Of a DNA stretch of 64,000 nt, positions 1 through 11,008 are shown in pieces; the first letter of the stretch is position 1, and each line of letters opens with the position of its first letter. Source of the stretch: Neophaeotheca triangularis (Eukaryota). The notes beneath the pieces were generated by a model. That model was not told the DNA's origin, did no database searches, and was given only the letters and a program-made list of their open reading frames with translations. The stretch spans positions 248,001 through 312,000 of the forward strand of contig BAAIJX010000018.1 of the NCBI GenBank assembly GCA_054600435.1. Direction: 5' to 3'. Both the position numbers and the translations under genes were made by a program.

Positions 1-240
1 GGCTGCCTTTCAAGACTAGACAAGTAGAGCGGCTTATCGCCAGGTCTGACTGGAAGCAGAAGTGTAGCTTGATTGAAACCGCAAGCTATCTACCTACTCC
101 TAGGTATCTACAAACTGCCCACCTTCAATTACATAACTTCATATCTCCAAGTCCAAGGCCGGCCCTCTCGTCGACTCAATCTTGACTACCATCACATTCC
201 CCAAGTCAATTCTCTACCAACACTCCAACCCAGATGACTA

Positions 241-1011
241 CTACATACCCCCGCCCATACCCCCCAAAGCAGCCCACATATGCATGCCCGGCCGCACTCC
301 CCTCCTCTCCCACCTCCGAGCCGTTCGCACCACACTTCGAACGATCTCTTCCGCCTCATCGTAACTACATTGAGCACGAATATCACGCCACACTTCTCGC
401 GCAAACCCCGGATCGTGTGTTTGGCCGCCGCTAAGATCGTGCAGTTGGTCGTGGGCCATGATCCAGTGCGAGCGGAGCTCTCTCCAATCTTGTGCTGTGC
501 CATATAGATTGTCTCCAGGTCTGTGACGGGACTGAATCATGTTGGCTCTGGCTTGGTAGTTGTTCGGGTTAGCTTGCACTTGAGTCGGGTACTGGGCTTG
601 CTGCATCTGGTTGGCGGGGTCTTGCGGGTAGTAGCTGTCTTGGTAGCCGCCTTGCTGGAAGCTATCTTGTTGGTATCCGTCTTGTTGGTAGCCACCTTGT
701 TGTCCACCACCTTGCTGATAGCCGCCTTGATGGTAGCTTTCCTGCTGGCCAGGATCCTGCTGATAACCGCCCGCTTGATACTGATCCTGAGAGTAGCCGC
801 GTTGTTGGTACGCCCCCTGTTGGTAGTGATCCTGGGGGTAGCTACCCTGTGGGTAGCCGGCTTGTTGGTGGTCTTGAAACGTTGGGGCCGCCTGTGAGTA
901 TTGGGGTCGTCCGGACGATCGAGCCTGGGGACTCTGGCGTTGGTAGGCCTGTTGATTGTAATCGTCCAAGTCTGCTTTAGCGAGTATCTCGCTGAGGCTG
1001 ATTCGTGACAT
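241..1011 (-). CDS. Hypothetical protein (256 aa) with central Q/G/Y-rich repeat region; paralog of 1348..1977
   Basis: ATG at 1011 (MSRISLSEILAKADLDD) inside ORF 241..1335. N- and C-terminal blocks align with the neighbouring ORF. Repeated QQGGYQQ-like units. Confidence 0.75.
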   Translation of the reverse strand: MSRISLSEILAKADLDDYNQQAYQRQSPQARSSGRPQYSQAAPTFQDHQQAGYPQGSYPQDHYQQGAYQQRGYSQDQYQAGGYQQDPGQQESYHQGGYQQGGGQQGGYQQDGYQQDSFQQGGYQDSYYPQDPANQMQQAQYPTQVQANPNNYQARANMIQSRHRPGDNLYGTAQDWRELRSHWIMAHDQLHDLSGGQTHDPGFAREVWRDIRAQCSYDEAEEIVRSVVRTARRWERRGVRPGMHMWAALGGMGGGM

Positions 1012-1347
1012 AGTGATTGTTGGTATGAGAAGTAGTGTTTGGTTTTGATTGAAGTGGAAGCTTGGTGTTGGAAGATTGTGAGTTGATGATATGGATGGGT
1101 GAGTAAGTAGATTTTGTTTAGTAGGAAAGGTAGAAACTTGCTGGTAAGGCGTGGATTTTTTTATCGTTGCTTTGGTACCTTCGGCGGTCAATGATAGAGC
1201 TCTTTTATTGACCTGAGGGTAAGTGTACCACCAAGCGTAGTTCCTACCCCTGAATCTCCTGACCTGCTGCTTATGACTCGAAGTCACTTTGTCGCACGTC
1301 CCATGCCATCTCACGGGACCTGGTCCACTGAGCAAACCTGTAAAGCA

Positions 1348-1977
1348 TCACGAGAATCCTCCCATCCTGCCTATTTCGCCCATCGCTTGGGAAGCCGCCT
1401 GCCTTTGCAATTGGATCTGCAAACGCCGAGCCTCCTGGCGCATCTCGTTCTCCTCGTCCTCTATCTCGTCCTTCATCTCGTCCCTCTTATCCCTCGCCCT
1501 ATAGACCTCTTGGACCATACCATGTGCGCCATACCGAGCCCAGTTAACCTCGAAGACTGCCAAGGCCTCCTTCCTGTCGAGAGTCTCGCCATCGCTGAGT
1601 TCATACATTTGTCGGTGTACATTGAGCCATGCGCGCCGAATGCGTTTCCAAGCATATCTTTCGCAATCGGCGGAGGGGTGTCCTTGTTGGGTGGGAGCTC
1701 CGTAGTTCGAACGGATGGTGCTGGCTATGGGATGATAACTGTTTTGGTTCGCGGACTCTTCATTTGCGTATTGAGCCGATTCCCACGTTGATGTGGAAGC
1801 GCCAACATTCGGGTAGTGAGCTTGTTGGTCGCCTTGAGTCTGATATGGGGCTGTGACGGTGTGTTGTGGATGCTCTGAGGATGAACAGGAGGAAGCAGTT
1901 GGACGTTGGTAAGACTGTTGCATAAAGTCGTCTGCATCTGCAGCGGCGAGAATTTCATCGACGTCAATGGTCGACAT
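1348..1977 (-). CDS. Hypothetical protein (209 aa); paralog of 241..1011
   Basis: ATG at 1977 (MSTIDVDEILAAADADD). Shares EILAxADxDDxxQQxYQR and WxxxRxxWxxxHxQxxxLSxGxTxD with the previous gene. Confidence 0.75.
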   Translation of the reverse strand: MSTIDVDEILAAADADDFMQQSYQRPTASSCSSSEHPQHTVTAPYQTQGDQQAHYPNVGASTSTWESAQYANEESANQNSYHPIASTIRSNYGAPTQQGHPSADCERYAWKRIRRAWLNVHRQMYELSDGETLDRKEALAVFEVNWARYGAHGMVQEVYRARDKRDEMKDEIEDEENEMRQEARRLQIQLQRQAASQAMGEIGRMGGFS

Positions 1978-2417
1978 GCTGGTAGTAGGTTTGGTGGGAA
2001 TAGTTGTTGGTATTGCTTCTTGTAAGGACTCTTGGGTTGACCGGATTGAATGGGGCAACTGTTGGTCAGCCGTGCAAGAACAACTTATCTTAGTGCCCTC
2101 GCCGGTCAATGACCCAAGTCTTGCGTTGACTACTAGCTGGAGAGTGACTGCAACCAGCAGCATCAACCCCCTGATCTTGCTCTTGGCCATGCTGAAGCCG
2201 CTTCAATGAAGCAATGTTGGTAACATGCCAAAGCGTCTTCATTCCAAAAAGCTTATCTCCGACTTGTCATGGACCTAAATGTCAGCATCTTCTCAATAGT
2301 AGGATAGGCCGATCCGATGATTGAGGTATCGGTAACGTTGCCCAAGGTAAGGCTCAGACTTGTTGCCATGTCCTCGCGGCGACTGTGCTATTAAACCGCC
2401 TTGAGGTTTAATGCGTG

Positions 2418-3857
2418 TCAATCTGCGTCATATTCGCCAACAGATTGTTCATCAGAGGTATCTGTATACCACAAGTGATCGTTGTTCATCAGGGCAGCTT
2501 CTTTGCCTTGTTCGTCGGCGTACTTAAGTGCAAATTCAAGACAGGCCAGGTCTTCCGTCACTTCCCCCCGACTGCGACATTCTAAAGCGAACTCATCCCT
2601 CACAGTATCGCTATGTTGGGCTAAAACTCCGCCTTCCCCGTCAATTGCTCCGTCAGGCCTCTGGCTTGTGCCTCGCGTTTTCTGGAATTCGATCGAGCCC
2701 ATCCTCACACCATGAGAATTGTTGGAGCGATAGGTGAGATCGAGGCAAAGTAAATACTCAAGGCACAAAAACCGATCTCTCAGAAGCGTGAAGACCGGGT
2801 CCCAGACGCGAGATTCACCGCTTGAGTTTGGAGCTTCGTGGCGAAGTTCGATGTGTCCGAGTTTGATGTGGGTCAATGTGGCACTTGAGGCCTCTAAGAA
2901 GCTGGTAAGACTGGCGGCATCTACTTCTAGGCTGTCTAGTTTCAGGCGAAGCAAAGTCTCTGCGGCGTTCGCTAAGACGATGTGGTTGAGTACTGCGCAG
3001 GTGTACTCCATGTTAGACGTGAGGAAGGCAAGAGAGAACGACTGAAGATCGGGCATTGATTGAAGCAATCGAGCAACACTCTTGCCCCTGTGGACTTCTG
3101 TCAAAGCATCACTGCAATGGATAGTTAAATTGAGCTCCAATTGTGTCAATTTCACGTTGGCCTTAGCGAGTACCGCATTGTTCAAGTCTTCCGGCAGAAT
3201 GCCGTCTAGTTCAATGGTGTCCGTGTATAGTCGCTCTAACCGATGTGTTTCAAGACTTGCAAGTGCATGCTCGATGGCCTTGAATAGCTCCGTCGCCTCA
3301 GAAAGTAGGTCTTCACGAAAGCCGCTCCAAGGGTGACCGATCACTCGAGGATCTCCCAGGCCAGTCGTTCGCTTCAACCTGTTGCAGCCCCAGGGGTAAT
3401 GATCGGTGCTCCTTCGCATGCCGACTACCTTCATATTTGGCAGATTACGGAAGAGGCTAGGGAGCACGGCATCTTGCAATTTTTGCCCATAGAGAAGTTC
3501 ATGGTGGTCCTTTCGTTCACCCAAGTATGTGCCATACCCAGATGTTTGCGCGAGAATTTCCCTTTCTTCCTCGGCAAAGCGATCGTCTTCGTACCTGAAA
3601 GTGTAGAAGTCGGGATTGAACCAAATGTGTTCCACGCATTTGCGTAATCCCCGATGCTTGCCGATAGATGCCAGCACATTCAGGCTCTCGGTGGTGATCA
3701 GGAAGCCTTTCTTCCGGAAGAAGCGCCTACCAAAGCCGTCGAAGGAGGCTTCTTCCAGATATCGATGCGTCAAACGAGTTGCGAATACACTCTGTCGGCC
3801 ACACCAGGAGACGATATGTTCTATCAACTCCGGTGGAAGGTCAAGTATGCCAGTCAT
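2418..3857 (-). CDS. F-box-like protein with RNI/LRR-like C-terminal region
   Basis: 479-aa uninterrupted ORF. N-terminal ILDLPPELIEHIV F-box signature; LxxLxL repeats downstream. Confidence 0.75.
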   Translation of the reverse strand: MTGILDLPPELIEHIVSWCGRQSVFATRLTHRYLEEASFDGFGRRFFRKKGFLITTESLNVLASIGKHRGLRKCVEHIWFNPDFYTFRYEDDRFAEEEREILAQTSGYGTYLGERKDHHELLYGQKLQDAVLPSLFRNLPNMKVVGMRRSTDHYPWGCNRLKRTTGLGDPRVIGHPWSGFREDLLSEATELFKAIEHALASLETHRLERLYTDTIELDGILPEDLNNAVLAKANVKLTQLELNLTIHCSDALTEVHRGKSVARLLQSMPDLQSFSLAFLTSNMEYTCAVLNHIVLANAAETLLRLKLDSLEVDAASLTSFLEASSATLTHIKLGHIELRHEAPNSSGESRVWDPVFTLLRDRFLCLEYLLCLDLTYRSNNSHGVRMGSIEFQKTRGTSQRPDGAIDGEGGVLAQHSDTVRDEFALECRSRGEVTEDLACLEFALKYADEQGKEAALMNNDHLWYTDTSDEQSVGEYDAD

Positions 3858-4114
3858 GCTAATTTTGGTTGCTAGCAGTATTTTCTAGTCCAATATTGGT
3901 AGGTTCCGGCCGGATGTCGAGCAGTCGCTTTAAGTTTCTTTGTTTGCTGAAGACTGTTTGCGATAGACAGTTTCTTGCCACCTGGTCTCATGCTTCTTGT
4001 CAAGCAAGCAAGTGAAGTCGTATAAGACATACAGTATATAGACGAGCACAGACCACGTTTCTATAATCTCAAGCCTCCACCCTCCAACGACAACCCAACA
4101 CGACAACCTTCACC

Positions 4115-5281
4115 ATGACCCAACACCTCTCCGAAGACGACATCTACCGGCAATCAAGCCAATACCGACTGTGGTCCTTCTCTCCCGAAAAGCTCGCCCA
4201 AACCCGGCGCAAAACCCACGACCTCGCCCTCGAACGAGCCCGCCGCTATGCCCCCCAAACAACCGGGCTAAACAGCCTCCCCGAAACCGAGATACCAAAC
4301 CACTGCCTCACTGAAGAGGAAGAACTCCGCCTAGTCCAGCGTTATAGCGACCAAATCCGCACCACGAGCGACAAACTCGGCTTCCCGGCCAACGCCAAGG
4401 CTACGGCTATCCAATACCTCAAGCGCTTCTACCTCTCCAACTCCTGCCTTACGTACCCGCCGAAGGAGATCTATAAGACGATTTTGTTTCTGGCTTGCAA
4501 GACTGAGGCCACCCACGTCACGCTTTCGGAGTATGCGAGGCGCATTTCCACCGACCCGGAGGTGGTGTTGGCGCCGGAGTATAAGGTCATGCAGGCGTTG
4601 AGGTTTACGTTGGATGTGAGGCAGCCCTATAGGGGGTTGAAGGGGGTCTTGATGGAGTTGTTGAATTTGGCTGCGGGAGTTGAGGGGGTGGGGATTGGGG
4701 CGGATGGGGAGAAGAGGACAGTGGGGGAGTTGAGGGAAGAGATGGGGACGTTGAGGGCACCGAGGGAGGAGGACAGAACGCTGTGGAAGGGTGGGAAGGC
4801 GGAGAAGACGACGGAAGAGAACCTCAGTGATCGTGTCAATGCTGCATACTCTGCTGCGAGGGATGTGCTGGATGCGCCGGCGCTGTTGACGGATGTTTAC
4901 TTTCTCTACACGCCTTCGCAGATACTGCTGGCAGCGATGTTGCTGGCTGACCAGTCGCTCATGGACTTCTACTTGGCTAGCAAACTACCTGTGTCCCTAC
5001 CGGAGCGGCCGAAGATTCTAGCTACGTTACGGGCGTGTGCAAACGTGCTGGCTTCTTACTCTCAGGCCGGAATATTGTCGAAAGACGAAAGGGCGGCATT
5101 GGAGGCGAAATTGGAGGGTTGCAGGGATCCAAACACCCGCGACTTGGTGAAAAGTCTTGCTTTGCGGCGAGGAGACGGCGGCGCAGATGGCAAGATCGAT
5201 CATGAGAAGGCTCAGAAGCGGGTAGCTGGCAGAGAAAAAAACAAGAAAGAAGGCGAAGATCTATTTGGACCGGCTTTGTAA
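4115..5281 (+). CDS. CCL1: Cyclin H / Ccl1 (TFIIK-CAK cyclin)
   Basis: YRQSSQYRLWSF N-terminus, cyclin box ATAIQYLKRFYL...LFLACKTE, and LTDVYFLYTPSQI. Confidence 0.9.
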   Translation: MTQHLSEDDIYRQSSQYRLWSFSPEKLAQTRRKTHDLALERARRYAPQTTGLNSLPETEIPNHCLTEEEELRLVQRYSDQIRTTSDKLGFPANAKATAIQYLKRFYLSNSCLTYPPKEIYKTILFLACKTEATHVTLSEYARRISTDPEVVLAPEYKVMQALRFTLDVRQPYRGLKGVLMELLNLAAGVEGVGIGADGEKRTVGELREEMGTLRAPREEDRTLWKGGKAEKTTEENLSDRVNAAYSAARDVLDAPALLTDVYFLYTPSQILLAAMLLADQSLMDFYLASKLPVSLPERPKILATLRACANVLASYSQAGILSKDERAALEAKLEGCRDPNTRDLVKSLALRRGDGGADGKIDHEKAQKRVAGREKNKKEGEDLFGPAL

Positions 5282-5431
5282 GCTCGCGGCACCTCGCTCT
5301 ACAATACATCTAGATGCTAGCAACTGGTGGGCGTAAGTATTGAGCAAGTCAAAGGCGGCCCTCTCTCTCTCTCCGCCTACCACTAGCCAACGAGCACTCT
5401 GTTCCGAAAGAATGCATCGAAGCAGTGTTAC

Positions 5432-6704
5432 TTATGCCACTTGCTGCTCATCCTTAACGCTCGCGACCCCTGGCTCCGCCTCAACTCCCTCGTCGATGAA
5501 CTTCGATATCGTGCCGAGAGCTCCGCCGACGGCCGAAAACATCTCCCCAACTGTGTAGAAGTCTTCGTATCGGCCAGTGCTCATAGCCGACGCTAAGCCG
5601 CTACTTTCTTCTAAACACACGTCGAGTTCTTTCTTGAGCAAAGTAAGACGACTGCGTTTCGAGGGCTTGGCTTCTTCGAGCCTTGAATCAGCCTTGCGCT
5701 TGTGGGTTGCTTGCGATTCATGGTGTGACTTGTTGCCGGCAGCACCTTTCACAGCAAGTGCGTTTGGCAGGGCGGCATCGATTGTGGTCGACTTGGCTTG
5801 TAGGGTCACGGAAGTGTCAGCCCTCAACTTGGGCGGGGGACGACTGTTGTCTTCGGCAAGCTCAGAATCCGATCCGAACGTGGACTGGTCTCCAGTCTCG
5901 TCGTCTGAAACTTCGTCGTCCTTGCTTTGGTACTCGTTGGGCTCGCTCTAATACGCGGTGGTCAGAATCATTCTGCACATCATCAGGGCATGGAAGCTTA
6001 CCTCGCTACCGCTGTCATCAAGTTCCCGCGTCTACAGGAAAGAGTTAGTATTGGGCAAGAGCTTTACGAGGTATGCTCTTGTCACTTGCTAGAAAATTGT
6101 CGGGCATCTGCTCACCCTCTTCGGACCCTTCAACACTGGCCATCTCATCCTCGTCATCCGAAACTACAAAGCCAATGCAGTTCAAGTGTTTGCGATATGC
6201 CTTTTCTCGAAGGTAGTTGACCGAGTTGACCTTGTCGACGACCCACTGGAAGCGATGGGACAGAGCCGATCGAAGAATTCGCAAATCACTCGGTGTGAGA
6301 ATGGCGTTGACCTTCGTCCGGTCCTTAGCACCCGCAAGCTCTTCCACGTCTTCCTGACAATAGTTGGGTCCGTGTTCGGGAGCCAGCTTCATAGTGAGGT
6401 TGACAAGCTTTTGCGCGGCCTCGTCCGTAGAAATAGTCACCACTTCGAGCAGGATGTATTCGAGCTTGATCTTTCTCAGGAACATGTGCAGCAGCGGCTT
6501 GATCGCGACTTGCTCGTAGCCGGAGGTGTCGAGAGTCAATGCTGCTTTGACATGGCCGTGCTGGCCCTCTGGGTATGGCCAGCATTCGCTGTCCTTGATT
6601 CCTTGGACGAAGTCGCGGATGTTGTCGCGGCGACGAAGGGTGTCCAGCTTCTCTTTCAAGTATGCTTCCGTCCTCGCTACTGCAGCTGCGTGTGGGTCAT
6701 CCAT
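5432..6704 (-). CDS. Orphan family member A (3 exons: 6704-6090, 6031-6002, 5947-5432)
   Basis: LRRRDNIRDFVQGI..ECWPYPEGQHGH motif shared with B and C. Predicted introns 6032-6089 (GC-AG, TACTAAC branch) and 5948-6001 (GT-AG) join the frames. Confidence 0.75.
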
Positions 6705-7150
6705 CTCGAAAGTACCGCGGTGGTGTTTGGTTCGAATCAGTGGATGCGTACGATGTTGTAGTGGATGAGTGCGGTGTCCTGTGAAGTGGAGTGAAGTGAA
6801 GTGAATTGAGGTCTCAGGACAGAAGGCGAGAAGCCCGGCGTAAGGCATAGGCAGCCCCTTTCACCTTTGAACGAAAAGCGGTGTCACGGGACTTCGACGC
6901 CAACACCCAGGAAAGAACAAACTTGGAAGTGACCTGCTTTCAATCAGGTCGTTAGGAAGAAATACTTTGAGGGGGGATTGAGAGTTGGTATTTCATGTCT
7001 CATTCTTGGCTAGTACTGGAAATTGAAGCAACTCAGTCCAGGGCCAGCACTTTAGGTACTCTAAAGAATAGATCGGCTGAGGTAAGAGCGAGTTTTGATG
7101 GCTTTCCATTGCATCACATAAAGTGCATTTGCTCCATCAGTGACCGTTCC

Positions 7151-8497
7151 TCACGACTGAGAGTCTTCCTTTAACCCGGTAAAGAGCTGAGCCACTGTGT
7201 TCATGCCTTCAGACATGGCCGTGAACACGCCACCGATTGCGGCCAAATCGATTTGCGAGCCTCGCTGCATGTTCTTGCCCATAGACTCGATGAAGCTTGC
7301 CGTGTCCCTGAGTTCGCTGAGGAGCCCGTCAGGACGCTGACGCTTCGTGGGTCCGTGGTCATCTTCGGCAGCTGCGCGCTTGCGAGGAACGACCGCATTG
7401 GGTTGTGGAACGTTTTCCTCGTACCTGGCCCCAAGCATGGCTTTCACGGGCATCTTGGCATCAGGATCCGGGACAAGGGCTTTCTGCTCAGAAGATAGGG
7501 GGTTGGGTGACTCCTGAACAGGGTGTGCAGACGAAAACGCCTCACCGATGCCGAGTCGAGATCCTGCTTGCGATGCCGTTTCTGCAGGCATGTCCGAGTC
7601 CGATTCTCCGGTGTCGATCTCATCATCTTCGGAAGTGTCTCTAAGACACCGTCAGCTATTCCCGTCACAGTGCTCCAACGTTTGCGGGCACGTAACTCAC
7701 TCTTCGAGATCAAGCTTCCACTCCTCCAAGTCTTCCTTGTACTCGTACATCTGTAAAGTATAGTTAGCTTTTCCATCGATTACAGGGGATGTTTCAATAC
7801 CACGTACGTCGTCGTCGAGCAGATCCTGGTCGTCGTCGAGCAGATTCTGGTCCTCGTCGAGCAGATCATGGTCCTTGTCGAGCAGATCCTGGTCCTCGTC
7901 GAGCAGATCCTGGTCCTCGTCGAGCATGGCGTCCCCCTCGAGCAGGTCCTCGCTCCATGCCATGGCAACCTCAAAGGTGCCCAAATCCTCATGCAACCCG
8001 ATGTGCTTGAGGTACGCGTCCTCTCTTGCCGCATTAGCATAGCAGATTTTGCTGGCAACCCACAAGTAGCGCTCGAGGTGCCGATGTTGGAAGGTTCTGA
8101 GGATACTTGGGGTGACGGTCGGGACGAGACCGTTGTCGTTACGTTCAATCTTCTCAAAGGCGATCTCGTATGTGCCCATTCCTAGTGGGGTAAGAAGCTT
8201 GATGGTAACGTTGCAGAGTTCTCCGTTATTGAGGACCTTCTCAAGTGTGAACACCTTGAGGGCTTGGTACGCCGATGGCTTGAGTACGACTCGCTTGAAA
8301 CCCGTCACCTCGTCCAGAGTGAGGGCAGCTTCGGAATTACCGTTCTGTGCGTTGGGGTACGGCCAACACTCGCAAGCTTCAATGCCATGGACGAAATCCC
8401 TGATGTTGTCTCGGCGAATGATGTCGTGCATTTTCGTTTTCAGGTAGTCGTCTCGGACGTCTCCCAGGCCTTCTAAAGACACAGAATCGGTGGTCAT
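7151..8497 (-). CDS. Orphan family member B (3 exons: 8497-7808, 7750-7701, 7640-7151)
   Basis: IRRDNIRDFVHGI..ECWPYPNAQNGN motif. GT-AG introns 7751-7807 and 7641-7700 with GCTAAC/GCTGAC branch sites; splicing restores frame with ORF 7151..7591. Confidence 0.8.
7808..7924 (-). repeat. 21-bp coding minisatellite, ~5.6 copies, encoding LDEDQDL
   Basis: Repeated gtcgagcagatcctggtcctc units on the + strand. Confidence 0.95.
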
Positions 8498-9347
8498 CTT
8501 GTAGGTGACAAAGTCAAAGGGCATATGTTGCAAGAGGAGAACCAGGTAGGATGAATACCTCCCGCTGTCGTATGGTGTGAAATGTAACGAGGCTCAATCG
8601 GTATCAGTCAACAGGTGTTGATCGATGACGGTAGGTTTCGTAAAGTTGGCTATATGATGTCCTGGAAGCGCCGAGTAAGTGAATCGAGGGAAATCGATAC
8701 TACTTGCTGTGTCAAGTTAGTCTTCACAAGTCCGATGTCAAAGTATCAAGATCGAAAAGGACACCCTGAAGTACCCGACGTAGAAAAGTCGAGGAGAGCT
8801 CTTCTGGCACATTCGATCGGAGCTTTTGTAAAATTGCTGGCTAGGTAGGCCTCAGAGATACTGCTTTGTTGGAGAGACTGTCTAGACCTTGTGAGTCCTT
8901 CAAAGGAGATCTGCCCACACGGAGAGTATGTTCGAGGCTCACTTTGAGTGTTGCGTGGGAATGAGTCCACAACTTGTCAAGTAACGCGAATTGAGCATAT
9001 GCTGGTGGCCAAACAGATTCGAGTGAATGGATGGATATTTGACAGCCGTACTGGCAAAGCTTTAGCATCAATTGGCTTAAGCTCTCTCAGGGGTCTGTCT
9101 GGGCGCAAGAATGGTCGACATGCGGCGAAAGAACTTGGAACACCATTCGTTCATCGTCAAGTATTGCTCTAGCCACCACTTCAATTTACTAACAGCTACA
9201 CTTCAATCAGCTACACTTCTCATGGTCATTTCACACCCGAACACAGAGCTCACTTCCAATATAACGATGCCTCTTCAACAAAGTAGCGACTGACCGTCAA
9301 GTGCTGACCCGCCAAACCTCGCCGCAGCAAGACCACTTCGAACAAGC

Positions 9348-10549
9348 CTAGTCCCCATTCTCAGTCTTCAGCAGATCCCCAATAGCCGTCAGGCATGTGG
9401 CAACATCCATCAACTGGTGGCCGACGTTTTTAAAACCTGAAGATTCGCCTTTGTGCATCTTTGCAGCGTTGAACTCGACACCGTCGGCGTAATCAGTCAG
9501 CAGCTCCGCCAGATCTGCACGACGCTGATGTTTGATGCAGAGTTTTCCCTCCGCGGGTGAGGCTGAGGCTGGACGCTTGCGATCTACCAGTGTGTCGGAA
9601 ACAGATTCAGGCTCTTCGCTGTCAGGGCCGGTGGTGATCTTGCCGGTTTGGGCGGCAGAATTTCTCGGCTCGCGTGGGACCAGCAAGCTCGATTCAGATT
9701 GGTCACGTTTGAGTCCAGGAGAGGCACGGTCGATTGTCTCCGCAGGTGCGATATCCGACATGGACTCGTCGCTGCCATCGGTGCTAGCCTCAGTCTCGCC
9801 CTCCTCGCTTTCGTACTCATTGAGCTGGGCGAAAGTCGTTAGCAGCTGCATGACTGGCAAGAAAGAGGAAAACCATACATCGCTTTCCTCAGCGCTACCT
9901 CCACGATTGACCCACTCCTAGAGATCAAAGTTAGCATGGCTTCGTAACTTCTCATTGCGCTGGTGATGCTCACTCCTTGGCGATAGCCGGACATCTCACG
10001 CTCGCCCTCCTCCGATCCTTCAGCTGGAGACTGGTAGCCATCGCTGGAGACATCGATGTCGACATTGTCGTTCACCTGTCGCAAGACCTTCTCACGCTGG
10101 TAGTTCACGCTGGAGACCTTGCTGTTGACCCACTCGTAGCGATTCAGCAAGGCAGAGCGCAGATCGCGCACGCTGCTGGGCTCCAGCTCAGCATTCGAGT
10201 GATGTACCGCGTGGTCGAGAATGTCGGATTCTTCCTGGCAGTAGCTCGGGCCAAGCTCGGGGAGGATCTTGATAGTGAAGTTGACGAGCGTTCGACGGTA
10301 CGTGACACTTTCGAGCTTGACTCTCCTGAGTGGCATGTTCTTCATCGGCTTGATGTACACCATCTTGGGCTGGAGATCGTTACCAGAGAAAGCAGCCACT
10401 GGGTGACCGTTCTGTCCCTCTGGATAAGGCCAGCATTCTGAAGGATGGAGCCCTATTACAAAGTCTCGGATGTTGTCTCGACGACGAAGCGTGGCAAGCA
10501 TTTCCGCGAGATACGTGTTCGATCCAATGGTCGTCTCGGTGTCTGCCAT
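9348..10549 (-). CDS. Orphan family member C (3 exons: 10549-9974, 9917-9879, 9824-9348)
   Basis: LRRRDNIRDFVIGL..ECWPYPEGQNGH motif. GT-AG introns 9918-9973 and 9825-9878, each with GCTAAC; frames join. Confidence 0.8.
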
Positions 10550-11008
10550 TGTGCTTGCGGTGCCGTGGAGTATACTTAGGTAGGGCAACCGTGGACGGAG
10601 CGAGGCGAAGGGGAAGGTGGGAGATGGAGTGAAGTTGAAGTGAGCTGAAAGGTAGAAAGGAAAGGGTGGAAGAGTGGTACGATGCCTGAAGATGATGACA
10701 GGTGCGGGCATCTGAGGTACCTACCTACCTTAGGTAGCCTAAATCGCTGCTGCAGTATACGTTAGGCAGCTGCCACGCGCTGTCACGGGACCTCAACGCC
10801 TTGACCGACTCTTGGATAGAGGCAAGAACGACCTCGCAAACGCAGCTGAAGGCTTCGCCTAGGTAATGTACGGCCACTGAAGGGGCATACCATAATAGTA
10901 GCAACAAAGAAGTCGTAACTCATCGTTATCGCATCAAAATACCTACCTACCCACCCACCTACCTACCTCGCATCCCTCGCATCCCTCCATATGAATGATC
11001 ACCATCAC

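Noticed and set aside
1012..1335. N-terminal extensions given by the ORF track (also 1978-2190, 6705-6848, 10550-10711, 44458-44745)
   Set aside because: Paralog alignments or UTR-like composition place the real starts at the downstream ATGs.
10709..10969. TACCTAC/TACCTAGGTA words recurring in intergenic DNA (also ~17293, 40554, 44186)
   Set aside because: Low-complexity motif scattered without fixed spacing or position; no specific function can be argued from this window.
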